Shown here: positions 24,521-38,249 of the stretch, in pieces
Layout of the letters: every line of letters begins with the position of its first letter
Position numbering within the stretch: the first letter of the stretch is position 1
NCBI RefSeq assembly: GCF_001194135.2
Contig: NC_068982.1
Coordinates: 29,138,233 to 29,196,076, forward strand
Source: Octopus bimaculoides
Lineage: Eukaryota
DNA length: 57,844 nt
Reading direction: 5' to 3'
Position numbers and translations under genes: made by a program
The notes under the pieces: model-generated
Databases searched by the model: none
Told to the model about the DNA's origin: nothing
Seen by the model: the letters and a program-made list of their open reading frames with translations, nothing else

Positions 24521-24692
24521 TATGGATCAAAATAGTTTGATTCAAATTCATTGATACTCATGAGTTTCAAGCGCAATGCTAGTCGTCAGACATTTTGAAT
24601 TTTAATTTTAAAATTCAAAATGGCTGACAACTAGCATTGCGCTTGAAACTCATGAGTATCAACGAATTTGAATCAAACTATTTTGATCCATA
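24521..24692. mobile_element. Near-perfect foldback MITE, TA-flanked
   Basis: 85-bp arms with 3 mismatches and a 2-nt centre; TA|TGGATC...GATCCA|TA at the edge of a (TA)n tract. Confidence 0.85.
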
Positions 24693-24789
24693 CATGTAAT
24701 TCCCAATAAATTGGTTGAGTGCCCTTCTTTTGGTGTCCACTTATATATGTATATATATATAGATATAAAGATAGCTAAATTTTAACACC

Positions 24790-26090
24790 TGTTTTGCCAT
24801 GTCTGCACAGGCAAGCATCTTCTCCCACACAGTATACCCCGCTTCAACATGATCATGTCATCTTTGTGAGATGTAACAGTTTCAGATCTGACTTCACCAC
24901 TTTGATCCCAGTTTTCCTCAATATCCCTCTTTCTCAGGTTCCCTTCATTTTGAGTGCATGACATGCAGTCCATCACATGCTCATACTAATACAATCTTCT
25001 TTCTTGTACACTAAACCTGGTTCCTGTCATGTTTAGTTTTTCTCTCAGTTCATTTGTGCATATGGGTGTATTCATGCATATGGGTGTTATGCATTCAGTG
25101 GAGCATACTCACTTCATTTCTTTGTAACCTTTTGAGATTGCCTGTTTTCAAGGCCCACATCTCACTACCATGTAGCATCACACTTCACAGGTATTGTACA
25201 ATTTGAACTTCACATTGAGAGAGTAATCCTTCATTGTCAGCTAAAGTAATGGCTCCTTAAACTTCTCCATTCAGTTCTTACTTTGGTCACTGTGTCCTCA
25301 AAATGCCCACCTTACAACATATTAGGTCTACTATGCTCACAATTTCTTCGAAAACACCACCTAGGCATTCCATGGAGTCTGCATCACAAGTACTCTTAGT
25401 AGTTACTGCCTCTGTGCACCTGTCACATGCGAAGTTCACCTTTGTTGCCCTACCTGTGATCTGTTAACACCATTTGTGCATCCACAGTTTACACTGAGTG
25501 CATCTACTTCTTTTCTATATACTGAGCAAGGTAATTTCCCTGATAGAAGAGGTTATTATCTTCTTCCCTACTTATACTTCAGTCTTTGCTAAATACACTT
25601 TGATGATCTATGATTCCAGCTGTTCCCTCCATATCTGGAAATTCTTTTCTAATTCTACTACAGATTCATCTATAAGAGCTGGGTCATTGGCATGAAGAAT
25701 CTCCCATGGGTAACTAGGCTTAACCTTCACTGCTATAGTATGAGAGGATTATAATGAACAGAAAGCCACTGAGGATTATTACTTGGTGTACCTTGTCCTC
25801 ATACTGAATTCATTGCTATACTTATCCCTAACCCTCACCTTACTGACTGCACCTCTGTACATGGCTTGCACTGCTCTCACAAGCTATTCATCAACTTGAG
25901 GCTTTCTCAGTAACCCCTAGATCTCAGAACAGGGAACCTTATCATGGTCTTCTCTAGGTCAACAAAAGCCATGTATAGAGGATGGAAACTACATGGAAAC
26001 TTCTCCTGCACTTGTCTAAGTAGGAAGATGGCATTTGTAGTACTTACTGGCACAAAATCAGACAGTGCATCATGTAAGCATGAATGATTA
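24790..26090 (-). mobile_element. Decayed RTE-like LINE, second family
   Basis: STTNAIFLLRQVQEKF...LYMAFVDLEK at the 5' end and an EVVRSDL-like C-terminus near 24890. Confidence 0.8.
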
Positions 26091-26250
26091 GAGCTCAACT
26101 CTGGTAAGTAGCCACAACATAAGCCAAGGAAAAGGTATAAAGACTGTCTGAAGGAAAACCTGATAAAACTAGATGTGAACATGAGTGATTGGGAAACTGA
26201 TGCTCTGCATTGAAACAAGAAGTGCTGTTAGGGTTGGTTGCAATGGCTGG
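26091..26250 (+). mobile_element. 160-bp RTE fragment similar to 23852-24012
   Basis: Direct by-eye alignment at roughly 90% identity. Confidence 0.85.
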
Positions 26251-26546
26251 GTGGCTGGGAAGAAAAGATGAATTATATATATATATATCAATATCTATAA
26301 AACAGCGGATGTTTGTGTGTACGTGAATGTGGTTTATGCACGTCCACAAATTAGCACGCATGTCGCTCCAATTTTAGGAGAAGATTCGGAATGACCCTAT
26401 GTGCATTTTAGTGAACTTTCTCTCTCAGAGGTACCCGCGTATACCTGTAAAAATCGATAAACTTTTACCAATTTTGAAGTTTGTTNNNNNNNNNNCCCTC
26501 TCTCTCTCTCTCTTTCTCTACCTCCCTTACATACACATGCCAATTA

Positions 26547-26577
<31 letters not shown>

Positions 26578-27128
26578 CTCACACACACACAGCAACATTA
26601 CACACAAAACACATGTTGCCAAAAAGAAATAGACGCTATCTTTTTATAGTGAGAGATAGAGAGGGAGAACGCGCTCTCTCTATCTCTGCCGATTTGATGT
26701 AAACAAACCCATGTGGTCTGATTTTCACGTTTCTAGGTATTGTACCGTAAATCGTCATTTCCAAAATATATTTATTTCAAATCATTTATCCGTATATATA
26801 TATATGTAAGGCAAGGTGTGTGTGTTTTGTTGATATACGGGCAACACACACACACACACATACGAACATGTATGCGTACAAAAAATATGTATGCAATTGG
26901 TGTACATACGTGCGTGTGTGTAGCTCATATAAATAAATAAATATATATATATATATATATTTATATAGATAGGATGATAAATTGAATATTAATTCAATTT
27001 AAAACCAAGTGGCCTAGCATATAACAAATCTGAAAATTCAGAAAAAATTGTATTACAAGTGTATAAGAGATGACCACTAGGTGGACATCCAATATNNNNN
27101 NNNNNNNNNNNNNNNNNNNNNNNNNNNA

Positions 27129-27511
27129 GGTGCAATGGCCCAGTGGTTAGGGCAGCGGACTCGCGGTAATAGGATCGCGGTTTCGATTCCCAGACCGGGC
27201 GTTGTGAGTGTTTATGGAGCGAAAACACTTAAAAGCTCCACGAGGCTCCGGCAGGGGATGGTGGCGAACCCTTCTGTACTCTTTCACCACAACTTTCTCT
27301 CACTCTTACTTCCTGTTTCTGTTGTGCCTGTAATTCAAAGGGTCAGCCTTGTCACAATGTGTCACACTGAATATCCCCAAGAACTACGTTAAGGGTACAC
27401 GTGTCTGTGGAGTGCTCAGCCACTTGCACGTTAATTTCACGAGCAGGCTGTTCCGTTGATCGGATCAACTGGAACCCTCGACGTCGCAAACGACGGAGTG
27501 CCGACAACAAC
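27129..27511 (+). mobile_element. Young tRNA-derived SINE (CpG intact, (ACA)n end)
   Basis: A box TGGCCCAGTGG, B box GTTTCGATTCC; 3' half shared with the SINE at 30392-30712. Confidence 0.8.
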
Positions 27512-29061
27512 TTTTATACATCTATATTTATATATTTTTTACATATTTATATATTTTTATATTTTATATATATTTTTAGCATCCATATATAATATATTTC
27601 ATGTGAGGGGTTGTATCTTTCAAAAACTATATAACGTTTTGGTTGTCAATATCTTGAAAATTGCTTTTCCGTTGAAACCTAGTTTACTTTATATTCTTTT
27701 AGCTCTATTTAGTGAGTGCAAACTTTTTTTCTGTATAAGAAATTCTTTTCCTTGTATTTTCTTATATGGCTACATAGTTAAGAAGTTTGCTTCCAATCCA
27801 CTTGGTTTCATGTTCAGTCCTTTCACACAGAACCTAGGGCAAGTGTCCTTTATAGCCACAGGCTAAACAAATCCATGTGAGTGGATTTGATAGATGGAAA
27901 CTGAAAGAAACTGGTTTTATATTTTCTTCTTTGAGCAGCTACAACTGAGATAAATTTCCTAATACTGCAATGCATATCTCTGCCTTCCATTAGCTTTGGC
28001 TTATCCTCAGCTTCATTTTGTGTCTCTGTCCAATAACATCAAAGTAGTTCCATCGTCTTGTCCTCTGTTAGGGTGCAAAAGTCTTGAAAATACATATGTT
28101 AGAACCTGTTGTTTAGCTCAATAGCAATGCCAGGCATAACTAACTCTGTGTTGATCAAAAATAGTAGAATTGGGTGGAATGCATCCATGAATCTCCTCTT
28201 TGGTTTTTGCACACCTGCAATGAGTTGATTTGAGCTTTCATGAGAAACAATGTACCATGAAGGTAATTTTGAAGGTTCTTTTTCATAGACCAGCTTTGGG
28301 TTCCACTAAGGAGAATCCTCTTGATATATTTGACTGACAGATGTTTGAAAGCTTGTTAATGGCACTACAGGTTGACTTATTTCATGTGAAAAAATCTTTG
28401 TCAGCAATGTAGGATGCAATGAGTTGTGTGCCTTCATTAGAAGAAACTGGCAAGTGGCTTTCTTTTTCATTCAAAGTCATTTTAAGGCTTCTTTTCATTG
28501 ACTGCAGCTTTCTCAAGAGATGTTGGCAAGTCTTGTACATCACACAGTTGATGAGCTGCAAGGGAAAAATTATACTTACACGCATACAAATTTGTGTGAA
28601 TGCATACACATATACACACACATAAATTTGTGTTTATATACATATATACATGAATTTGTATGCGTACATATACATAAACTTGTGTGTATATATATACATA
28701 TATAAATTTGTGTGTGAATATAGACATATATGAAGGTGAGTGTATACATATATATAAATTTGCGAGGATATACATTTGTAAATATATGTGTGTGTGTGTG
28801 TGTACACACAAGTGCACATGTATTAGAAAGAATAATAGAAAAAAATATTGCTAATATCTCTGTTCATTCCTACAGCTGTTCAATAATTCTTAGATTATCA
28901 TGTTGTTATACAACATGTAAGAATCACATCTTTAGAGAATAGTGTCCATTATGAGGAATATATTATAAATCTGCTCTTGAGAATAGAAAAATCATATATA
29001 AATATTAAATACCCAATTTAAGAGAATTGGCAAGAAGCTATTTTGTGCATTATGTATTCAG

Positions 29062-29168
29062 TTACAAGGTTGGATGACAATCAATTCAATGAGGTAGAAA
29101 CATTCTTCAGGGAAACAGCCATAAATTCAAATAATGATGATTTGACAGACAGGAGGTCTATGCTCTAA
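29062..29168 (+). other. Candidate terminal exon (xTRLDDNQFNEVETFFRETAINSNNDDLTDRRSML*)
   Basis: tatgtattcag acceptor, 34 codons, TAA, then AT-rich sequence with AATAAA. No homology recognised. Confidence 0.2.
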
Positions 29169-29244
29169 CAAACCAAGATAAACAAACACAAGTGCATGTG
29201 AATACCAAATAGGTAATTACATTCACAGACATACATACTGAAAA

Positions 29245-29285
<41 letters not shown>

Positions 29286-29322
29286 GGTTACAAAATTTGG
29301 CTGTTATATTTGGTCATAAAAA

Positions 29323-29379
<57 letters not shown>

Positions 29380-30391
29380 TGCTAGTACTCATAAAAAAAT
29401 CTCCTTAATGTATCATTCTACAAAACATATAGAATATATAGTATGACACAAGAGAAAATTATAAGGAGTGTATAAAGTCATAAATGACAGAAATTTTATG
29501 ACAGATGAAATTTTATTTAACAATAAGAAAATTCTAATATCACAAATTGTTTTGTAACTTAAAAACATGTAAATAATTTACATTATTATATTTAATAATA
29601 AATAAATGATTTACAAGCCTGCATCAATGTAAAATGCAAAAAGTCTTTCAAAATATACAGAATTTAAGCTACATCCTCAGATGAAAGAAAGTCTTTGTTA
29701 AATACTAAATTCTCAGCATAACATGAGAACATATCTTAAATTTTGCATTATTTTGAAAGACTTTTTACATTGATGTAGACATGCAAGTAATTCATTCATT
29801 AGTAAATATACTATAAATTATTTACCTGTTTATAAGTTTCTTACAAAACAATTTGTGATATTTGAATTTTCTTATTAAATAAATTTTCATCAAACTATTT
29901 CTTTGTCATTTATGACTTATATATAAATCAAAGTGTACAGTATTATATATCCATTGTGACTGATCTTACCAATCAGTTTCGCACTAGGGGTTCAACAGCC
30001 TGATTAGATAACAGCCTGATTATGTAACCCTGCACTCTTCAGAGATGACAGTTATGGAAGAAGGTATAGTGACTGCTCTTTTTTGTTGGAGATAAAAAGA
30101 CATCTGGTTTGTGAATGCTGTGAAAAAAGCATGAACCGAGCAAGGGTTAGCCAAGAGTTATGTCCCTTCGAGTTGACTAGAGTTTTCTGGAAATGTGTGT
30201 ATATACAGGTTACAAAATCTGGGTGTTATGTAACACCCCTTTGAGCCCCAAGTGCAAAACCAGTTGGTAAGATTGGATGTAATGGATATATAATACTGTA
30301 CTCTTTGATTAATATACCCACTCTATTGACAAATATACAAGTGCATACTTTTTGTGACTCCTGGATTCTTAGACTGCTATTTATGTGTAAA

Positions 30392-30712
30392 GGCATGTGG
30401 CTTAGTGGTTAGAGTATTCGGCTCATGATTGTAAGGTCATGAGTTCAATTCCTGGTGATGCATTGTATCCTTGAGCAAGACACTTTATTTTATGTTACTC
30501 TAGTCCATTCAGCTGGTAAAAATGAGTAGTACCTGTATTTCAAAGGGCCAGCCTTGTCACACTCTGTGCCATGCTGAATCTCCCTCAGAAATACATTAAG
30601 GGTACATGTGTCTGTGGAGTGCTCAGCCACATGTATGTTAATTTTATGAGCAACCTGTTCCATTGATCAGATCAACTGGATCCTTTGTCATCGTAACCGA
30701 CAAAGTGACAGT
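30392..30712 (+). mobile_element. tRNA-derived SINE (CORE-like middle, CpG-decayed)
   Basis: TGGCTTAGTGG and GAGTTCAATTCC boxes, tccttgagcaagacacttta block, tail shared with 27129-27511. Confidence 0.75.
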
Positions 30713-32183
30713 TAATCATATATGTATGTAGTTGTATATGTGAATATTTTGTTATAGTTATATGTTTGTGTATGTATGTGTGTGTGTGTGTGTGTGTGTG
30801 TATATGCATATAGTGAAAAAGGAGGGAAATGAAATATATCAAGTTAAGTCAAGAGTAAAGCACACCATGTATTTTGACTAGACAGTATAGTTTTAAAATT
30901 TCTGATAAACCAACCATTGAAATCGGTGGTAAAGGCAAAATTGAAAGGGTAGTTAGTCCTCTGACATTTTGTATCCTGCAAATCCATGTACGCATCCAAG
31001 AAGTAATTGGTACATTTGACATGTGCAATTATAGTAATAAAGATGAAATGAATGGGCACTTTTGGTATTACTACTTATGCTTCTGTAGCAAATTTTTATT
31101 AACACTGTACATCATATAATTTAGCATGTAACATTATGTAACATTGTGCTTTCATAAAAATCCACTTCTTCAGATAATACGCCTTTAGCTGTTTTTGAGG
31201 TAATATGCTATTAAAGTAGAGTAGCATGTGATATTTCAGTTGAAAGATAAAGTTAATATACAGTTTGATCTGAGGGTTTAGAAACGGTGAAAGTATATTA
31301 AGTCAGTAACCAATCAAATCTTTTGACTTTGTATGCTAAACAGATTCATTATGTACTTTCTTCGAATGGGAAGGAGTGTAATTTAGTTTCTTATACTCAA
31401 AATAAATGAGTGAGGAAGATAGATTAACATAGATAAGATTCAGTGATGGCTTGGCATTCCTTAATAATAGCCACATTCTTTAATAACTTCCTAACAGATA
31501 TTAACTGGAAGAAGCATCAAATTGAATTATCTAAACTATGGTTTGAATGTTAAGATGAGGCAGTATTTTTATAAGTTAATATTTTATTAATGTCTGTGGA
31601 TGTAAAGTTAGAAGATAGTGCATGTATTAGGGTGATGGAAGACTGTGCATGTATACACACAAGCACAAATGTTCACACATACACACAGACATAGAATATA
31701 GAGGTCATATTAGACATTAGTTAGTATTAATACTTAAAAAATATTTACTGCATGCTTTTACCAAAAGGTATGTAGTAAATACCTGAAGAAGTGGCTTTAT
31801 ATATAAACAATATAACAATGTTGTATGATCCTGCACATTGTTACATGCTTAAATTATATGATGCACAGTGTTAACAATTTGCTACAGAAACATATGCACT
31901 TACTAATTTTACTATATGCATAAGAATGTGTGTATATGCAAGCACACACATATATGGGCGTGTACATAAATGCATATATATATATAAGAAATTAGGATGA
32001 CAAATGAATAAGCAATTATGTTATGAACATCATAACATAATGAAATTCATATCACAATTGTTTATTCCTTTGTCACTCTGATTTCTTATTACTGCTCTGT
32101 ACTTGACTAACACTTCATTCTGAACTATATGTATACTGAGTTCTAACACCAGGTTATTAGTATTGCTATACTTAAGTGAAATA

Positions 32184-32190
32184 TCGTGTC

Positions 32191-32260
<70 letters not shown>
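32184..32260. repeat. (TA)n microsatellite, representative of many (TA)/(CA)/(CT) tracts
   Basis: Others at about 24505, 26940, 29250-29375, 32825-32910, 34310, 38410-38680, 45335, 46600-46760 and 50440-50500. Confidence 0.95.
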
Positions 32261-32262
<2 letters not shown>

Positions 32263-32822
32263 TATGTATAAATGTAGGATTTATCATCACCTCTGTAGTT
32301 TTCGGTGCATCTATAAACATAATGACCCCACTTATTGTTATGCTCTTATGTTGGTACATATATTTATCTTGGCTTCTTGACAAATAGACTTCCTACCTGC
32401 CACTTTGAACATTATTGGTATATAGTTTGTAATGTAGTAGATAAGGGACTCGATAGTTTCTTGTCAGTTACTTAAATCTTTTTATTTACCGTTTCATTAT
32501 ACGGTATATATATATGAGTGGATGTAATATATTTTCATGTTTCTCCATGGACACTTCATCCTGAAAATAGGATCCTTTCATCTTACATAACAGTATGGTG
32601 TTGTAAGAATTATTGAAACAGCTGAAAAAAACAGATTAAGATATCACCATCTTTTTGTTATTTTTATGTTTTGTGGTGTTATAGCCTAGATTTGCAGTAG
32701 ATGTTATGATGTATATGGATATGCATCTACAACTGTAGATTTAGGAGTTTAATGAAATAAATTACATTGATCTCTAATGTAATTGGTTGTTTTTCATACG
32801 AAACACATTATAGTATTATTTC

Positions 32823-32916
<94 letters not shown>

Positions 32917-33200
32917 GTGCGTATGTATAAACATAGAAATATTATGCACACTCACAAATACATTGGAATACATGTGTGATAGTCTGGATCCATAGAGAAA
33001 TTTCTTTTACTTTAATGCCCCAAATTATAAGTGCTCAGATTGTTTCAGCTTGATTCTTGTTGACTACTGATGACTGTACAAAGAAAAGCAGAGACCTCAA
33101 TCTGGAGACTTAGGTGATCATTCAACAACACATCATTTCTTGATGTACCTTCTTGAAAATGTTTTATAATTTCTCATACTAATGGAAAAATGTACTTACC

Positions 33201-33389
33201 ACAAAAGTAATTGCAGCATGGCAAATGTTTGTAAGCTATTTAAGAACATACAAAAACCATTTAGGTCGTGTTTTCAAAGTAACAAAAATATTTTAAAACA
33301 AATTGAATTTAAATGTTGAAGTGAAACCAATGGTTTTTGCATGTTCTTAAATGACTTACAAACATCTACCATGCTGCAATTGTTTTTGT
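33201..33389. mobile_element. Older MITE-like inverted repeat (about 55-60-bp arms)
   Basis: aattgcagcatgg.a.atgtttgtaag..atttaagaacat.caaaaaccatt is mirrored at 33330-33381. Confidence 0.7.
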
Positions 33390-34308
33390 TTCAGCACATG
33401 ATATCAGATCAAGTTACTTGCTATGCAAGTACAGCTCTGTATTTAACAGTCTTGTTTAAATAATTTTACATCTCTTTGTCAAAAACATGTCACCTAATTA
33501 AGTGATAAGAACAGATTGTAACATGTAGATGATGTATGTTCTTCCTTGTACTTTATTGTCAAAAATAATATTGACTTATTGATCTTTCACAAAATACCTT
33601 TACATTTTGCCCAGGCCGTTATACATGGATCACAATGAGGAAAATTTATTGTGGATCCAGGCTTTGGACCTACATGTGTGTGTGTGCATATATATATATA
33701 TATAAATACACACACACACTTCATATACTTGTGTATGCATTGATCGATGTATTCATTCATTTATGGCTGTATATACTTCATATGTTTCCCGAGGTTTTTG
33801 TTAATGAATTTCATTTGTGCTATGACAAAGCAATTGTTAAAAACATATGTATGTGTATATATATATATGTGTGTGTGTGTATTACACTACTGAAAGTATG
33901 GTTGTCTTCAACAAGCTGTAAATTTCTTTTATCCTTTGATAGTGCCAAGAAATTTAATACCTAAAAAAAAAGTAGACATCAATAAAAAATAAAGGAAAAC
34001 GAGAAAAGAACTGTTTTTAGTTTTTTTCCTTTTTTCTGTATCATTCGTAAACAAAACAACAGATAAATAAAGTGTAAAAGAAATCTGCTGAATATGTTTG
34101 TTGCAGTGATACAAGTTGTAACATAACAAATATTTGAAAATAGTTCACAGACAGTACAGATATGATTGCAGCAACAGTGGCAGGTTTGGATTTATAAGCA
34201 ACAATTTAAATAGATTTCAAAAAATGTTTTCTAGAAAATAAATTTTATCAACAAAGTTTAGAAAACTCCCTTCCCACTTTTCTGAAAAAAGATTAAATTG
34301 AAGTACAT

Positions 34309-34343
<35 letters not shown>

Positions 34344-34785
34344 GTATATATATATATATAACAAATGTCAAAGAAAAATGTGTCTAAGATATTTCTGAAA
34401 CAATCTATAAGGTTACTATAAGGTTTTTGAAATAAGTAAAACAAAATTTGAGATAAGAAGGATAATTTTGATAAAATAACTTGGATTAAAATAAAATCCC
34501 TGACAAAGTTTGTAGAAAAGCTATATAGCTTGATACAACCTCTGAAATTTGGCTACTTGGAAGAAAATTTGCAAAATGTATGGTGGTTAATGCTTTTGTA
34601 TTGTGTTCATTAATGTGTGAACTATGTGTATAAAATCAAATAACATGCATATATAGAAATATTTAAAAACTTGTTTTTAAGGAATTCATAATTAAAATTT
34701 GTGTGAATGATTATTATAATTAGAAAGTAAAAGACCCCTAATGATCTGAATTCTTCTCATCTAATATATTTCAACTAATCATTTT

Positions 34786-34907
34786 CTGTTCTATATTTAA
34801 GAGATTAGGAATTATATACATTATTTACAATTGACGGATATTTGTTCTTATCTTGTTTGTTGTTAACAACAAACAAGATGACAAATATCCATCAATTGTA
34901 AATAATG
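34786..34907. mobile_element. Internally deleted copy of the 10061-11589 palindromic element
   Basis: Same left end (c.gttctatatttaagaga) and right end (aaataatg), palindrome centred on ttgttaacaa, direct repeat TAATCATTTT(CT) on both sides. tRNA heads and hammerheads are missing. Confidence 0.8.
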
Positions 34908-37900
34908 TAATCATTTTCTTCCTTAATTTGAGTTTTGAATCTTTATTATTCTATTATATTTATAATTAATTAACTTACTCTCATTCATGACCCTTAACTT
35001 TTTATAACCATCTGCTGACATATTTTCTGTTTACATTTTTCTTTTCTGCAAAGTTACCCTGTAACCATTTTTTGTTGTCTTTCTCTCACATTATTTTCTA
35101 TGTCATACAATTTTATGCTTCCCACTTGAATAGCAATTAATTTGTTAAACAAACAACCTATTGTTATTAGATAAAAATTCAATAGAAGATATAGAAAAAA
35201 GTACTATTTTACAACAAGGAAATAGTGTCATAGAATATATAGATTTTTTTTTTTTTAAATGACATAGAATTAATTTTAATTCCCAGTCTGGAATGATGTT
35301 GAAGTCCTCAGTTATACTTGCAGACCTTATCTAAATTGTCACTTAGGGGATCTCTGAAAATCCTTAGGTATCATTGTCTTTTATATATTTAAGAAATCTC
35401 CTCTTACCTCAGTAATCCCCACCACTCTTATTTATGCAGTTAATCTTAGTCTAACAGAAGAGCAGCTATAATTTAAATTTCCATTTCTTTTTTCGTTTGT
35501 TTTGTTACTAAACTTGCAGCAAATGTATAAAAAAAAACATTTAAAATTCTCTCAATACCCAGACTAAGTTAAAACTTCAAAAAAGTTTAATTAAGAATAC
35601 AAATAAGAGGCAAAGAAAACTGTTTGTCTGTGCCAAAATAAAGAAAAAGAAAACAAACTTAATGAAATTCATTAAAATAAGATATAAATCTTTTAATGAT
35701 TGAAAATTATGAATTACTATTATTACATAGCACTAGGCTAACAAAATCAACTTATTTCTCTACTGTTTCAAAATATTTAGAAATATTTTGATTTAAATAA
35801 TTTAAAAGTAAGATTTGCTGCAAAAAAGCTACATAAGTCAGAGATCTCCACCTAAAATAATGATCATGATGAATTTTGTTATATGAATTTTTGAATATTA
35901 CTAATTAAAACTGGAAATTCTGAACTATAGATTTACAAATGAGAAATAACTTGAACAAGGAAATTTCAAGAATAAGCTGCCAATTTGGCACTTTTCTACA
36001 TTATGATCTATTTCCTTTGAAAATTCTTCTTAAACATTTTGTTGAAAATATAATGTAATTCCATTTTATAATAAAATTGAACACAATAAAATGGAAGTAA
36101 ACTACTAATGGCCCCAATCCACGACCCCCACTTAGATTCTTGGTCAGAGCTATTTTATTTTACTTACATTCTTTGGAAAACATTGAAAATCACAAAGATT
36201 TCATGTATATAAACATGACTCAAGACTGTAGTTTGGAATGGAATCTACTTTGCCAGCTTAATTTGCCTTTCACTTATCACATGAAGAGGAGGTCTTCTGT
36301 TATCCCGTGCTACCCAGTGATTTACTGAAACTTTTAGCCTTAAGAGATTCAGAAGACTTTTCACCTGTGTAAGCTGCAAACTTGGATAAACATGTCTAAA
36401 TATTTTGTTTTAAATGAAAACAATACGAAGTTAAAGAGTGAGAATGCTTAACTTTTCTACACATTAATTTAACTTGTTAGATAAGTAAGCTATAGAAAAA
36501 TAACTGTATGGTAGAATGCAGTCAGAATTTATCTCATCTGTTGTAGCTATGTACCATTAATAGACTGGCCTGAGATTCTCAAAAGATAAAAATATGTTCG
36601 AGATAGGGTTAAAACTCATGCTCTGGGTAGGAAGACTACACTTGAATATATTGGCGGGGAAAAGAACTATACTAAGGATTTAGCTAAAGAAAATAGATTT
36701 AATTTTGAGATTTGCAAAAATGGGAAGCTTCTTGATAAAAATACAATAGTTGGCTGTCAGGATTTGTTTAAATAAAATAAAGTAATTGTAATCCTGTAAT
36801 CTCTTTGAAAGAATAGATTTTAAGAAAAGTGTGTGTGTGTGACATTTTTCAATTTAAGCAGGTATATTAGGTTTGCAAAGAATGTTGGAAAACAAATTAA
36901 TGTGCAATCAACAGCAAAAGATTGAATAGTTTCTTAGGTAGAAGAGATGTTTGAAGAAAACCTTTGGTTGAGTGCTGAGTGTTAAGGAACTATCACATTG
37001 ATCGCAGAAGATTCAGACACAACTCTACCGTTATAGGGTGATTGAAACAAATTAACCAGCTAATCTAAAAATTGGGGGAGATATCTATAGAAACTTCTAT
37101 ATCATTTGTAACAAAATCCTTATTAATGTTAAATGTGGTTTTAGCTCCATAATTATAATTGTTTCCCAGCAATGTAAGATAAAATAATTAGTTGACCTGT
37201 AAGAAGAAAGTAAAACTGATAATCAGTAAGAACCTAGACTCACCAGTTTATAGAAATTTTCCACAAAAAAATATCTTAATTTATAAATGAATGTCAACAA
37301 TTATATTCACTTTTTTTTTTGTATATGCAGCATAGAAACAAAAATAGTTAAAATTCTTTTTCTACTGTATTTTTATATTTCTTCATTTGAATTTTATGTG
37401 CTTATATTTGAGAAGGTATAAGATACTTTTCAATTCCTTCAATACAGTAGTTATTTCTTTAAAATAACTTCTTTTTTTAAATTTTTTTTTTTAAAGATAT
37501 GGTTTTATCTTCTTGAGACATATAAACAGCTGCAGGCATACATACATATTCCTTTTTATTGTTACTGCATGTTTTTTATATACCTTCTTTCCCTTATAAT
37601 AGTCAGTGTTTTGTGTTTTTTTTTGTGGAATGTATTGGTTTTCATTATCCTTCCCTTATCACATTAATTTGGAAATTGAAATTTCACATTTCATTGCTTC
37701 ATTAAATGCCATCCTATATCCTTTTAGTTTTCCTAATTTTTATATCTTTGACATTTAACTGTCTCAAAATTCGTACAGCCTTGCAATTATTATTTAAATT
37801 AAATATCATCTTTCTTTTAGCTAAACATTTACTACATAAGTTTGCTGATATCATCCTGACAATGACAATACTGTTCTCCTTCACCATCAAACAATTTTAT

Positions 37901-38249
37901 TAAATTAAAACATTTGATTTTTCACCGGCCAGTTTCTTTTCTTTTCTTTTTTTCTAATTTTCTATTTGAGGATGTTCAACAGCTATCAATTTATTCTATA
38001 GTTGACAGGATATACGAGCTTAATACACTTCAAATATTGTAGCTATTTCTTGAGTTAGATGAAAGTAAAACAATAACTAACCATAAGTAGCTATTCTAAA
38101 TAATCTGTTATTGTTTCTACATTTGCAGCTTAAGACGATATCAATGTTCCAGTAGGAAAATACATATTCCACGTAATTTTCTTAGCCAGCAGTGGAAAGT
38201 TCAGCATACCGGAGTCACACAGATAGTTGGGATACTATTTTTAATGACT

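Noticed and set aside
28482-28942. Cys/Tyr/Ile/His-rich ORFs (also 32030-32995, 33635-33964, 38290-38714, 46301-46855)
   Set aside because: Translations of (TA)n, (CA)n and (CT)n microsatellites.
30844-31119. Alternative RasGRF last exon (IAHVKCTNYFLD resembles IAHV...VTNYLLD)
   Set aside because: No acceptor in the right place and no further similarity. The true exons are at 40238-40306 and 38798-38914.
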